Shown piece after piece: positions 19,166 to 29,100 of a stretch of DNA of 64,000 bases (position 1 is its first letter; every line of letters begins with the position of its first letter). The notes beneath the pieces are model-generated. The model was not told the origin of the DNA. It saw only the letters and a program-made list of their open reading frames with translations, and searched no databases. Position numbers and translations under genes: made by a program. This DNA is from an uncultured Acidobacteriota bacterium (GTDB lineage: Bacteria; Acidobacteriota; Polarisedimenticolia; J045), in NCBI GenBank assembly GCA_963702425.1, contig CAVPCQ010000006.1:320001-384000 (forward strand), in the 5' to 3' direction.

Positions 19166-20005
19166 ATGCTTCGCCCGAACTCGCCCGCTCTCACCCTGCT
19201 CCTGGCCTTCGCTCTCGCCGCAGCGCTCCCGGTCGCGTCGCCGGCCGAGGAGGCCGGCAACTCCCCGGCAGCGGCACCCGACCGCGTCCCGGTGCTGGTC
19301 GAGATGTACACCGCGCACGGCTGCCCCAACTCGCCCGCCGGGGAGTCGATCCTGACGCGCCTCGACCGGACCCAGCCGATCGCTGGGGTGAGGGTCGTGC
19401 CGCTCGCGTTCCACGTCCCCTACTGGGACAGCCCCAGCTGGCAGGACCCGTTCGCGAACACCAACAACCAGTGGCGCCAGAACCAGTACGCGAAGCAGGC
19501 CAAGAGCGGCGACGTCTACACGCCGCAGTTCATCATCGACGGCGACACCGGGGTGAGCGGCCGCAGCGAGGGAGCGGTCCGCAAGGCGATCGAGAAGGCC
19601 GCGAAGGTCCCGAAGGCGACGATCCGGCTCGAGATGCGCCCTTCGCTGGACGACGACCCGGCGCGGACGGTCCGGATCGGGATCGACCTCGCGGGGATCC
19701 CGGCCGAGCTGCGCGGGCCCGCGGGGCTCGAGGCGGCGATCCTGCTGGCGGTCGCCGAGCGGAACCTCGTCACCGAGGTCGGCGGCGGCAAGAACAAGGG
19801 GGCACACCTCGAACAGACCGGTGTCGTCCGCGCCTGGATGCCGCTGGGCCACGTCAACGCGCAGGGCGACGCGATCTTCCCGCCGGACTACCTGCTGACG
19901 CTCGACCCGACGTGGAAGCTGTCCGAGCTCACCGCGGTGGTCTGGATCCAGGAGAAGCCGATGGGACGGGTGCTGGCCCTGGGGACGCTGGCGCTCGGGA
20001 ACTGA
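19166..20005 (+). CDS. Exported DUF1223 thioredoxin-fold protein
   Basis: Signal peptide; VLVEMYTAHGCPNSP, LAFHVPYWD..WQDPF, YTPQFIIDG. Confidence 0.78.
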   Translation: MLRPNSPALTLLLAFALAAALPVASPAEEAGNSPAAAPDRVPVLVEMYTAHGCPNSPAGESILTRLDRTQPIAGVRVVPLAFHVPYWDSPSWQDPFANTNNQWRQNQYAKQAKSGDVYTPQFIIDGDTGVSGRSEGAVRKAIEKAAKVPKATIRLEMRPSLDDDPARTVRIGIDLAGIPAELRGPAGLEAAILLAVAERNLVTEVGGGKNKGAHLEQTGVVRAWMPLGHVNAQGDAIFPPDYLLTLDPTWKLSELTAVVWIQEKPMGRVLALGTLALGN

Positions 20006-21614
20006 GGAGCCGGTCGAGGCCGTTGCGGGCCGCGGCCTCCTCCGGCCGGAGGGCCAGCGCGGCCTGGTAGCGCCGCGCGGCCATGTCGCGCCAGCCTGCG
20101 GCCTCGTACGCGTGCGCCGCGCCCAGTTGGGCCTCGAACGAGCGCGGGTCGAGCGCGATCGCGCGCTCGAACTTGAGGATCGCATCCTTCGGCCGGCCGC
20201 CGGCCAGGTAGCCCGCGCCCTGCTCGAGGTGGAACGCGACGATCCGCGGGTCGGCCACGCGGGCCTGGTCGAGCACCCTGCGTCCCTCGTCCCGCTGCCC
20301 CGCGGCGAGCAGCGCGGTGCCGTAGTGGAGGTAGTTCATGCCATCGGCGGGGTACTTCTCGACCGCGTCGGCCCAGAGCGTCAGCTCGCTGCGCCAGACC
20401 CGGTTCTGCCGCAGCGTCATGCCGGAGAAGACCAGCGCGACGAGGGCGGCTGCGACCCAGGCGGCGCGCGCCGCGCGCCCACCGCGAGCCGCCATGAGAC
20501 CGCTCGCGCACGCGACCACGATCGCCCAGCCGACCGACGGAAAGTAGAGGAAGCGCTCGCCGAACAGCTTCCCGAGCAGCGGGCGGAGACCGGGCAGGTA
20601 GAGCGCGGGCGCGAGCGTCAGGCCGAAGACCGCGACGCCGAAAAGCAGGGCGCGGTGGCGTCGCCAGCCGGCCCACGCGAGCCCCGCCGTCGCCAGCAGG
20701 ACGATGATCGCCGCGAGGCCGCGCCACGACGCCCAACTGTCCGGGGGAAGGGTGAAGGCCCCCAGGCTGAGGCGCGTCGGGACGAACATCGTGCGCACGT
20801 AGCGTGCGAACAGGTCGGCCGCGATCAGCAGCGAGCCGGAGAGGCCCGGCAGGTCGGGCCGCGCGTGCGGCGCCAATCCCCCCAGCGCGGCGGCGCGGAG
20901 CGCGAGGTATCCCCCCAGCACCGCGAACCACGGCGCCCAGCGAACGAGTGCTTCCCGCAGCGTGGATCGGCTCACGCCGCGGCAGAGGAGGTCGTAGAGC
21001 ACGAGCAGCGCCGGGAGCAGCGCCGCGGGCTCCTTCGCGAGCATCGCCAGCAGGAACGCACCGAGCCCGGCGACGAGCCGGACCCGGCCGCGCGCCGAGG
21101 CGTCGGCGCGGCGATAGAGATCGAAGGCCAGCAGCGCGAGCGCGGTGCAGGCGACGTCCATGATCCCCGAGACCCACGCCACGGCCTCGACGTGCGCCGG
21201 GTGGACCGCGAAGAGCAAGGCGCCAGCGAACGCCGCGCCGGTGGCGTACGGGGCCTCGGGCGGCGGGCGGTCCCGCAGCAGGTCCCGGACCAGCCGGAAG
21301 ACGAGGATCGAGGCCAGCGCGTGGAGCAGGATGTTGAGCAGCCGGTAGGCCCAAGGCGCGGTCCCGGCGGCGCGGTGGACGACCGTGAAGAGCAGCCCGG
21401 GCAGCGGCCGGTAGTAGTTCGTCTCCCCTTCCCCGCCGCGGCTCCACAGGTCGCCCGCGAAAGCGGACCACAGGCCTGAGCCGTCGCGGATGGCGGGGTT
21501 GAAGCGGACCAGTGCGTTGTCGTCGTAGACCAAGGCGTTGGGAAGCGCGTCGAGATAGACGAGGACGGCCGCCAGTCCCACCAGGAGGCCGAGCATCCGC
21601 TGTCGCGACCGCAT
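19929..21614 (-). CDS. TMTC-like glycosyltransferase with TPRs, copy 4
   Basis: LVYDD, YYRPL, LFAVHPAHVEAVAWVSG, LAKE, ERFLYFPS, VWRSE, C-terminal TPRs. Confidence 0.87.
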   Translation of the reverse strand: MRSRQRMLGLLVGLAAVLVYLDALPNALVYDDNALVRFNPAIRDGSGLWSAFAGDLWSRGGEGETNYYRPLPGLLFTVVHRAAGTAPWAYRLLNILLHALASILVFRLVRDLLRDRPPPEAPYATGAAFAGALLFAVHPAHVEAVAWVSGIMDVACTALALLAFDLYRRADASARGRVRLVAGLGAFLLAMLAKEPAALLPALLVLYDLLCRGVSRSTLREALVRWAPWFAVLGGYLALRAAALGGLAPHARPDLPGLSGSLLIAADLFARYVRTMFVPTRLSLGAFTLPPDSWASWRGLAAIIVLLATAGLAWAGWRRHRALLFGVAVFGLTLAPALYLPGLRPLLGKLFGERFLYFPSVGWAIVVACASGLMAARGGRAARAAWVAAALVALVFSGMTLRQNRVWRSELTLWADAVEKYPADGMNYLHYGTALLAAGQRDEGRRVLDQARVADPRIVAFHLEQGAGYLAGGRPKDAILKFERAIALDPRSFEAQLGAAHAYEAAGWRDMAARRYQAALALRPEEAAARNGLDRLLSSRAPASPGPAPVPSASPGSRPPR

Positions 21615-21658
21615 CGCCGGAGGTTGCCACGCCGCCCCCCGGCCCTGCAATGCCGCGG

Positions 21659-22372
21659 TCAGCCCGGACCGTCCTGGATCAGTCCGTCGACGATCCGGAT
21701 CACGCGCTGCGCGTGGGCCGCGACGTTGGGGTCGTGCGTGACCAGCCCGACGATGTGGCCCTGCGCGTTGAGCTGGTCGAAGACCTCGAGGATCTCCTGG
21801 CCGGTCTTGGTGTCGAGGTTCCCGGTCGGCTCGTCGGCGAGCAGGATCGTCGGCTTGTTCACCAGCGCGCGCGCGATCGCCACGCGCTGGCGCTGGCCGC
21901 CCGAGAGCTGCGAAGGCAAGTGCTTGGCGCGATCGGAGAGCGAGACCCGCTCCAGTGCCTCCTCGGCCCGGACGCGGCGCTCGGCGCGGCTCATCCCGGC
22001 GTAAGTCATCGGCAGCTCGACGTTCCGCAGCACGGAGGCTCGCGGCAGCAGGTTGAAGCTCTGGAAGACGAAGCCGATCCGCTCGTTCCGCACCCGTGCG
22101 AGCTGGCGCGGGCTCATCGCGGAGACCAGCTCGCCCGCCAGGAAGTACTGGCCCGAGGTCGGCACGTCGAGGCAGCCGATGATGTGCATCAGGGTCGACT
22201 TGCCGGAGCCCGAGGGTCCCATGATCGCGAGGTAGTCCCCAGCCGCGACGATGAGGTCGATCCCGCGCAGCGCGTGGACCTCGTTCTCCCCGGCGTCGTA
22301 GACCTTCCGCACGTCCTCGAGGCGGATCATCTCGCGGGGGTCGGCCAGGGGCCGAGCCGGCTGGGTGGCCAT
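21659..22372 (-). CDS. ABC transporter ATP-binding protein (MacB/LolD-like)
   Basis: [48 protein letters not shown]. Confidence 0.93.
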   Translation of the reverse strand: MATQPARPLADPREMIRLEDVRKVYDAGENEVHALRGIDLIVAAGDYLAIMGPSGSGKSTLMHIIGCLDVPTSGQYFLAGELVSAMSPRQLARVRNERIGFVFQSFNLLPRASVLRNVELPMTYAGMSRAERRVRAEEALERVSLSDRAKHLPSQLSGGQRQRVAIARALVNKPTILLADEPTGNLDTKTGQEILEVFDQLNAQGHIVGLVTHDPNVAAHAQRVIRIVDGLIQDGPG

Positions 22373-22505
22373 CGTCGCTCCTCGGTCCGCGGAGGCGCCC
22401 GCGTCCCGGTGACTATAGCGTCGGGAATCGCCGCCCCCTTCCGGGCGCCGCCAGTCCGGGCCACCGGCGGCCGCGGACGCGGCGCGAGCGGTCGCGAGAC
22501 CGTCC

Positions 22506-22521
22506 TAGAATGGCGGGCATG
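22506..22521 (+). promoter_or_regulatory. -10 element directly upstream of a start codon (probable leaderless transcript)
   Basis: TAGAAT(22506-22511)-N7-ATG(22519); no Shine-Dalgarno sequence. Confidence 0.5.
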
Positions 22522-23094
22522 AGCCGCAAGAAGAACCTCGCGATGTCGCCCCGTGACCGCCGGATCGCATTTGCCCTCGTGGTGGGCATGCTCGTCGTCG
22601 GCGGCCTCCTCGTCTCGACCGGCATCTTCATCCCGGCCGGTCCGCCGACCCGCTCGCCCGGTGCGATCCCGGGGGTCAGCAACCCCGCCTCCCTGGCCCG
22701 GGCTCCGCGACTCGAGGGTTACCCAGCTCCCGACCGGGCGCTGGGACCGGACGACCTCAAGCCGGACCAGGTGACGGCACTCCCGGAATCCGCGCGCGGC
22801 GAGCTGCGCTGGTCGCTGGGCTGGACGGGGCGCCGCGACGGGCTCCAGGTGCGGCTGCTGCTCTTCGCCAACTCGGAAGCGGCCAGAGCGTCGCTGGCTG
22901 CCGCACCGGGCGACCGCCCGCTCGAGGGGCTCGGCGAGGCGGCCGTCCGGCGCGGGTCAGACCGGATCCTGTTCGTCCGCGGCAGCGCCCTCGGGGTCGT
23001 CTCCGCCGCCGGGGCCCCGCCTCCCGAGGCCCTGTCGAACGCCGCACACGAACTCGACGACGCGCTGGCCCGGAGCTCGCTGGTCCTTCCCTAG
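22519..23094 (+). CDS. Hypothetical single-pass membrane protein
   Basis: Basic N-terminus then a hydrophobic helix; fills the gap between divergent and convergent genes. Confidence 0.65.
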   Translation: MSRKKNLAMSPRDRRIAFALVVGMLVVGGLLVSTGIFIPAGPPTRSPGAIPGVSNPASLARAPRLEGYPAPDRALGPDDLKPDQVTALPESARGELRWSLGWTGRRDGLQVRLLLFANSEAARASLAAAPGDRPLEGLGEAAVRRGSDRILFVRGSALGVVSAAGAPPPEALSNAAHELDDALARSSLVLP

Positions 23095-25002
23095 CGCTCC
23101 TTCGTTTTCTTGTGCAGGCGGTACGCGCGAATCTTCGTCGAGAGCGTGCGGCGGTCGAGCCCGGTCGCCTGCGCCGTGTCCTGCACCCGGCCGCGGTGGC
23201 GTTCCAGCGCGCTCCGGAAGTAGTGCTCTTCGAAGCGGTCGCGTGCCGTTCGCCAGGGGAGTGCGAGCAGTTCGTGCCACGGACCGTGCGGGGCGGCCGG
23301 CGGTGAAGTCGGTACAAGGTCGCCGGGCAGGTCGTCGAGGTCCACGATCCCGTCGCGGTCGAGCACCACCGCCCGCTCGATCACATTCCGCAGCTCGCGC
23401 ACGTTCCCGGGCCAGGCGTAGTCCGACAGCACCTTCACGGCGGCGGCGGAGAGCGCGCCGACGCGCTGGCCGTCCGGCCGCAGGAAGTGCTCGAGGAAGT
23501 GGGTGGCCAGCGGAACGACGTCGCCCGGGCGGTCGCACAGCGACGGCAGCACGACCTCGATCACGCGCAGCCGGTAGTAGAGGTCCTCGCGGAACGTGCC
23601 CTCCGCGACCATCTGCTCGAGCGGACGGTGAGTGGCGGCGACCAGCCGGACGTCGACGCGGCAGCGGCTGCCGCCGACGTGCGTCACCTCGCCGGTCTCG
23701 ATCACGCGCAGGATCTTGGCCTGGGCGGCAAGCGGCAGGTCGCCGATCTCGTCCAGGAAGAGCGTGCCGCCGTCGGCTTGCTCGAAGGCGCCGGCGCGCG
23801 CGCGGTCGGCGCCGGTGTAGGACCCGCGATCCGCTCCGAAGAGCTCGGCCTCGACGAGGCCCTCCGGCAGCGCCGCGCCGTTGAGGGCGACGAATGGGTG
23901 CTCGCGGCGCGGGCCGGCGCGGTGAGCGAGCCGCGCCAGCTCCTCCTTGCCGGTCCCGCTCGGTCCGCGCAGCAGGATCGTCGCGCGCGAGGGCGCGGCG
24001 CGGCGCACCGCCTCGACCGCGGCCTGGAAGGTCGGATCGTCCCCGATCAGCGGCGGCTCCGAGCCGGCCGGCGCCTCGGCTCCGCCGCGGCCGCGCCGCA
24101 GGAGCCGCTCGGCGGCCTCGCGGCGGCGGCGCTCGCGATCGAGCGTCAGCGCGCCCTCGACGAGGACGCCGGCGATCGCGCCCAGGCGCGTCGCGGCCGC
24201 CAACGCGCCGCCGCCCGGGACCCGCGTCCCCTCGAGGTACGCGACCGCCGCGAAGTCGGCGTGCGCGCCGCGCAGCGGCACCGCGGTGAGGACCGTGCCC
24301 GCAGCGTATTGATCGAGCGCGGTCTTCTCGTCGGCGTGTACGCGCAGCACGCTGGCCGGGCTCGCGGACCAGGCCTCGGCGCGCCCGCGCGCCGCCTCGA
24401 GAAAGCTCCGCGACAGGCAGACCGGACCGCTGCCGCCGCGCGAGCCGCGCAGCACCCAGCGCTCGCCCGCGAGCGTCACGAGGTAGCCGCGCTCGGCGTC
24501 GACCAGCGCGAGCAGCTCGGCCAGCAACCGCGGAGAAGATCTCGCGCCCCGCGCCGATCGCGGCGATCCGCTCGAGGGCGTCGAGCAGCGGCGGCTCCGT
24601 CCGTGCGGTCGGATCGGGAGCGTGGGCGTCGGCGAGCGTCGCGCCGAGCGGCTCCTCCTCGTCGAGCCACACCGCCTGATCGAGCGCCATCGCGGGAACG
24701 AAGCGGTAGGGTCCGACCAGCACGCGGTCGCCGGGCTGCAGCACGACCGACTCGTCCGGATCGAGGCGGCGCACAGAGGCACCGCGCTCGAGCCATGTCC
24801 CGTTGCGGCTCGAGAGGTCGCGCACGACGATCTGTTCGCCGTCCCAGATGACCTCGGCGTGGCGTGCCGTAACGCGCTGGTCGCCGAGGACGACGTCGCA
24901 GTTCCGCGAGCGCCCGAGCACCCGGGGACGCCGATCGCTCAGCTCGATCGCCTCACCCGAACCGGCGTGCCCCCCGCCGCCGACCATCCAGAGGGTGGAC
25001 AT
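23091..25002 (-). CDS. FHA-GAF-AAA+-HTH sigma54-dependent enhancer-binding protein (frameshift ~24530)
   Basis: GGGAGG RBS before ATG 25002; FHA LGRS..VTARHA..DLSSRNGT; GAF-like middle; GPSGTGKE, ELFG..GSYTGA, GGTLFLDEIG, FREDLYYRL, WPGNVREL; Fis-type HTH. Confidence 0.88.
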
Positions 25003-25027
25003 CGGAGCCCTCCCTGCCGTGAATGCG

Positions 25028-25072
25028 GGAAGCATACTTCCCGTCCCGCCCCGCAAGGGGAAGTACGCTTCC
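25028..25072. promoter_or_regulatory. Two palindromic GGAAG-N4-CTTCC sites (candidate enhancer/UAS)
   Basis: GGAAGcataCTTCC 25028-25041 and GGAAGtacgCTTCC 25059-25072; centres 31 bp apart. Confidence 0.7.
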
Positions 25073-25102
25073 TCTTTCGGGGCAGAAGGGACCGGAAATG
25101 GC

Positions 25103-25118
25103 TGGCGCGCCATTTGCA
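25103..25118 (+). promoter_or_regulatory. sigma54 (-24/-12) promoter
   Basis: TGGCGCGCCATTTGCA matches TGGCACG-N4-TTGCW with one mismatch; exact GG-N10-GC spacing; divergent from an EBP gene. Confidence 0.75.
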
Positions 25119-25128
25119 CTAGGAGTGG

Positions 25129-25253
25129 GCGCTTGGCCTGTTCTCGGGCGGGCACGAGCGGCGCAAGGCGGGCCCGATGTCACGTCATGGGGCAAGGGGG
25201 TGGCCGCCGGGGGGAGTGGGGGGAGTTCGCCGCTGGTGCCCGCTCTTCTTTTC
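25129..25253 (+). ncRNA. Putative sigma54-dependent structured small RNA
   Basis: 18-bp closing stem (25146-25163 with 25228-25245; one G-U pair, one mismatch) followed by TTCTTTTC; G-tract-rich loop; no credible + strand CDS follows. Confidence 0.5.
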
Positions 25254-25278
25254 CCCCCGCCCCGGTCGAGAGGTCGGT

Positions 25279-25962
25279 TCAGCGCGTCGGGCGCGACCGC
25301 TCCGCCACCGGCCTTTCTGCCGCCCGGCCCTGCTCCGGCTCACTGCCGCCCACGAGCTGAAGGAAGCACTCGATCCGCGTCGCCTCGGCCGCGTCGCGCT
25401 GCGCCGACCGGTGCGCGGCGATCCGGCGCAGACCGAGGACGGCCTTCTGATCGCCCGGATCGCGCAGCACGAGCGCCGCGAGCAGCTTGACCGCCAGCGG
25501 CCACAGCGACGATTCGGCCAGCGCGCCCCCCAGCGCGAGCAGCTGCGCCCGCGACGCCCCGAGCGCCGTCGGCTCCGCGTCGAGCGCTTCGAGGAGCTCC
25601 GCCGCGAGCAGTCCCTGACGGGCCCGGAAGCAGAGCGGGAGCGCTTCGCGCGCGACCGCCACGGCAGCGGTCTCCTGCCCGGCGTTCCGGAGGGACAGGC
25701 AGAGCGCGTGGAGTACCCAGGGGTCCGGGGCGAAAGACGAGGAGACGGCCAGCAGTTCCGCCAGGGCGCCGTCGGGATCCTCGGCGGCCCGGGAGCGGGC
25801 CAGGGCCGCTCGCCGCGCCCCGTCCGGGAGGATCGGGCGCGGGAGCTCCTCGGGCGGCTCGCCGCAGAGCTCGCCGGACGAACGGGTCGACAGGCCCGCC
25901 GCGGGGCGCTCGGCGCGCGTGGCCGCCTCCCCGGCCTCCGGCTGCCTCCGGCGCCAGCGCAT
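25279..25962 (-). CDS. Hypothetical helical/TPR-like protein
   Basis: GGGAGAG upstream of ATG 25962; amphipathic Ala/Leu-rich helices (DPWVLHALCLSL, DPGDQKAVLGLRRIA). Confidence 0.55.
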   Translation of the reverse strand: MRWRRRQPEAGEAATRAERPAAGLSTRSSGELCGEPPEELPRPILPDGARRAALARSRAAEDPDGALAELLAVSSSFAPDPWVLHALCLSLRNAGQETAAVAVAREALPLCFRARQGLLAAELLEALDAEPTALGASRAQLLALGGALAESSLWPLAVKLLAALVLRDPGDQKAVLGLRRIAAHRSAQRDAAEATRIECFLQLVGGSEPEQGRAAERPVAERSRPTR

Positions 25963-26102
25963 GCCGCTCTCCCGGGGCGCTCCCCGCCCCCGGGAGAAGG
26001 TCGCCGCGGAGGCCGGCGCTGTCGACCCGATCCGATTGGCAGGGTTCAGAAAAGTCGGGGAAACTGACTTCGTAGCCGTATTATTCCGTGGGGGGTAGAT
26101 CG

Positions 26103-29100
26103 ATGTCCGTGCCGAGACGTTGCACGAGGCGTCATGGGCGCCGAATTCCTCGGGTGCCGGTGCTGGCTGCCCTGGCGTTTTCGGCGCTGGCCGGCCTGAC
26201 GCCGGCCGCGTGGTCCGGTTCGGTCCAGCCCGAACTGGCGGCTGCCGTGATGCGGTCGCGCGCCGCGGACCGCGTCTCCGTCGTCGTTCGGCTGGAGCCG
26301 GCACCTCACGCTGCGCCGCTTCGCCTGCCGGAGAGCCGCGCCGAGCTCGTGACGCTGCGTCGCGCCCAGACCGAGACGTCGGCCGCGGCCGTGCTCGCGA
26401 TGCTGCGCCGCGCCGAGCGCGACGGGCAGGCCGAAGCGTGCGAGGTGCTGTGGGTCGCGCACGCGGTCACCGCGCGCATCGCACCCGAGCTGGTGCCGCG
26501 GCTCGCCGGACTCCCCGGCGTGCTCGAGGTCCGTCTCGACCGCCCCGTCGGCCCCGACGACGGCGACGGCGACACTTCCGGCCCCAGCCCCACCGCGCCG
26601 CGCACGGCGGCGATCCTGAAGCTGAACGTCGACGACGTCTGGGCCGCGGGCTACACCGGCCGCCACGTGCTGGTCGCCATCATCGACGACGGAGTGAACA
26701 TCAACCACCCCGATCTGGCCGACCACCTCTGGGCGAACCCCGGTGAGATCGCGGGCGACGGGATCGACAACGACGGCAATGGCAAGATCGACGACGTCCG
26801 CGGCTGGAACTTCGGCAGCAGCAACGCCAGCCTGACCGACCTGCAGAACCACGGCACGCCGGTGGCGGGCCTGGCGCTGGGCGACGGGACGGCCGGATCG
26901 CAGACCGGGGTCGCCCCGGATGCGGAGCTGATGGTCCTCAAGCGCGGTTCCACCGAGTCGACGATGTGGGCGGCCAGCCAGTACGCGATCGAGAAGGGGG
27001 CGCAGATCGTGCTCCAGGCCCGCTCGGTCCGGCGCTACGATCCGGCGGGCGTCCCCGACTACGGCAGTTGGCGTACCGTCACCGACAACGAGCTGGCCGC
27101 CGGCGTCATCCGCGTCAACTCGGCGGGGAACTGCTTCGGCTGCACCGAAGGCGCGCTCCCCGAGAACCCGCCCTACCAGGTCAACGCGCCGGCCAACGCG
27201 CCCCCGCCGCTGCTGCACGCCGCGCAGACGCTGATCGGCGGCGTCTCGTCGGTGATCGCCGTCGGCAACGTCGATCTCGGCGACAACATCGTCGGCACCA
27301 GCCGGCGCGGCCCGTCGGAGTGGATCGACTTGCAGGCCTCCGACCCGTCGTATCTCTACCCGATGCCGCTCGCCTACCGGGACTACCCGTACGCCGGCGG
27401 CGCGCAGCAGGGGCTGCTCAAGCCCGACGTCGCCTGCTACGGCGAGGGCTCGACCGCACCGTCGGCATTCTGGGAGACCGGGCCGGACTACAACGTCGGG
27501 ACGTTCAACGGCACGAGCGGCGCCGCCGGCCACGCCGCCGGCGTCGTCGCGCTGCTGCTCGAGGCCAAGCCGGACGCCACCCCGGCGCAGCTCGCCCAGG
27601 CCCTCTTCGGCACGGCGCGCGACCGCGGCGCACCGGGCTTCGACCCGTTCTACGGCGAGGGGATCGTCGACGCCTACGCTGCGCTGGCGGCGATCGGCGC
27701 GCCCTGTTTCGGTTTCGGCGGCGATGCCGACGGCGACGCGGTCTGCCAGGCGGCAGACAACTGCCCGACGGTCGTGAACCCGCTGCAGGCCAACCTCGAC
27801 GGCGACACGCTGGGCGATGCCTGCGACCCCGACCAGGACGGCGACGGCTTCAACGGCGGGACCGGCAACCCGGACTGCGACGATCGCAACGCCGCGATCA
27901 AACCGACCGCGGCCGAGCTGTGCGATCTCGTCGACAACGACTGCGACGCCTCCGCCGACGAGAACCCCGAGGCGGGCGCGAACAGCTGCGCCGACGGGAA
28001 CATCTGCACCGCCGACCTGTGCGGAGCCGGTGCGACCTGCACCGCCGCCGCGAGCGGCGCGTGCGGCATCACCGGTTCGATGACGTACTACCGGATCTCC
28101 GATGCCGACCGCAACGGCACCGCGGACGACCCGGCGGAGCTGACGGGCGCCGATCCGGTGCCGGGAGTGGCGATCGACCTCGTCGGCCTCGGCTCGCTGC
28201 CGGACGCGATCACGGGGAGCGATGGCAGTTTCTCGCTCCCGGCGCAGTTCGGCAACGTGACGCTGGTCCCGCTCGACCGGGTGAACGCGCCGCGGGCCGA
28301 GGGGGCCGCACCCGGCTCGATCAGCGGGTTCGACGCCGCGGCCGTGGCCAAGCACGCCGTCGGGCTCACGACGCTGACCAACCTGCAGCAGATCGCGGCC
28401 GACGTGTCGGAGAACGGGACGGTCAGCTCCTTCGACGCCTCGCTGATCGCGCAGTACGCGGTCGGGCTGATCGACTTCTTCCCCGTCCGCACGAGCCTCG
28501 GTTCGGACTGGGCGTTCGTTCGCTGCAACGGCGGACTGCCCGGAAACTGCCCGGCCTGGCCACCGCACCCGCCGACCGCGTCGTATGCCTGGACCCCGAT
28601 CGGGCAGCCCGAGTCCGCACCCTTCTTCGCCATCCTCTATGGCGACGTCACGGGAAATTGGCCGCTGGTCGCGGGGTTGGATGGCGGCGTGTTCACGGCG
28701 CAGGCGGCCCCTTCCAGGGACTCGACGAACGCCGCGAATCGGAGGCCGCGCGGCGCCTCGCCGGTGCTGCGCTCCGGGAGCGACCCCGCGCGGCTGGTCC
28801 GCATCGCCGGCCCGACCCGGGTCGGACCGCGACTCTACCGCGTCGTGCTCGGCCTCAAGCAGGCCGACGGCATCACGGCCCTCGATCTGTTCGCACCCGC
28901 CCCGAAGATGCCCGGGCTCCGGATCGTGTCGGTGCGCCCGGTCGGCCTGGCAGCCGCGTGGTCGGCCGCGCTCGGCCCGCTCGAGGCTGCCGGGCAGCGG
29001 ATCGCGCTGTACGGTGCCGGCCCCCTCGCCGGGCGCGGCGCGGTGCTCGAGCTCGTTTTCGAGGCGAGCGGCCCGCCGGAACGGGGACGCCTTCCGTTCC

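Noticed and set aside
24500-24560. Programmed ribosomal frameshift between the FHA and AAA+ parts of the EBP
   Set aside because: No slippery heptamer is visible, and similar indels occur throughout the window, including in recG
25177-26067. Protein ORF downstream of the sigma54 promoter
   Set aside because: No RBS, low-complexity Arg-rich translation, runs through the stem/U-tract and lies antisense to a more plausible gene; not fully excluded without ribosome profiling
26052-26084. AAGTCGG-GGAAA-CTGACTT palindrome and TATTAT upstream of the S8 protease
   Set aside because: Possibly an operator/promoter, but short and imperfect with no convincing -35; too weak to call
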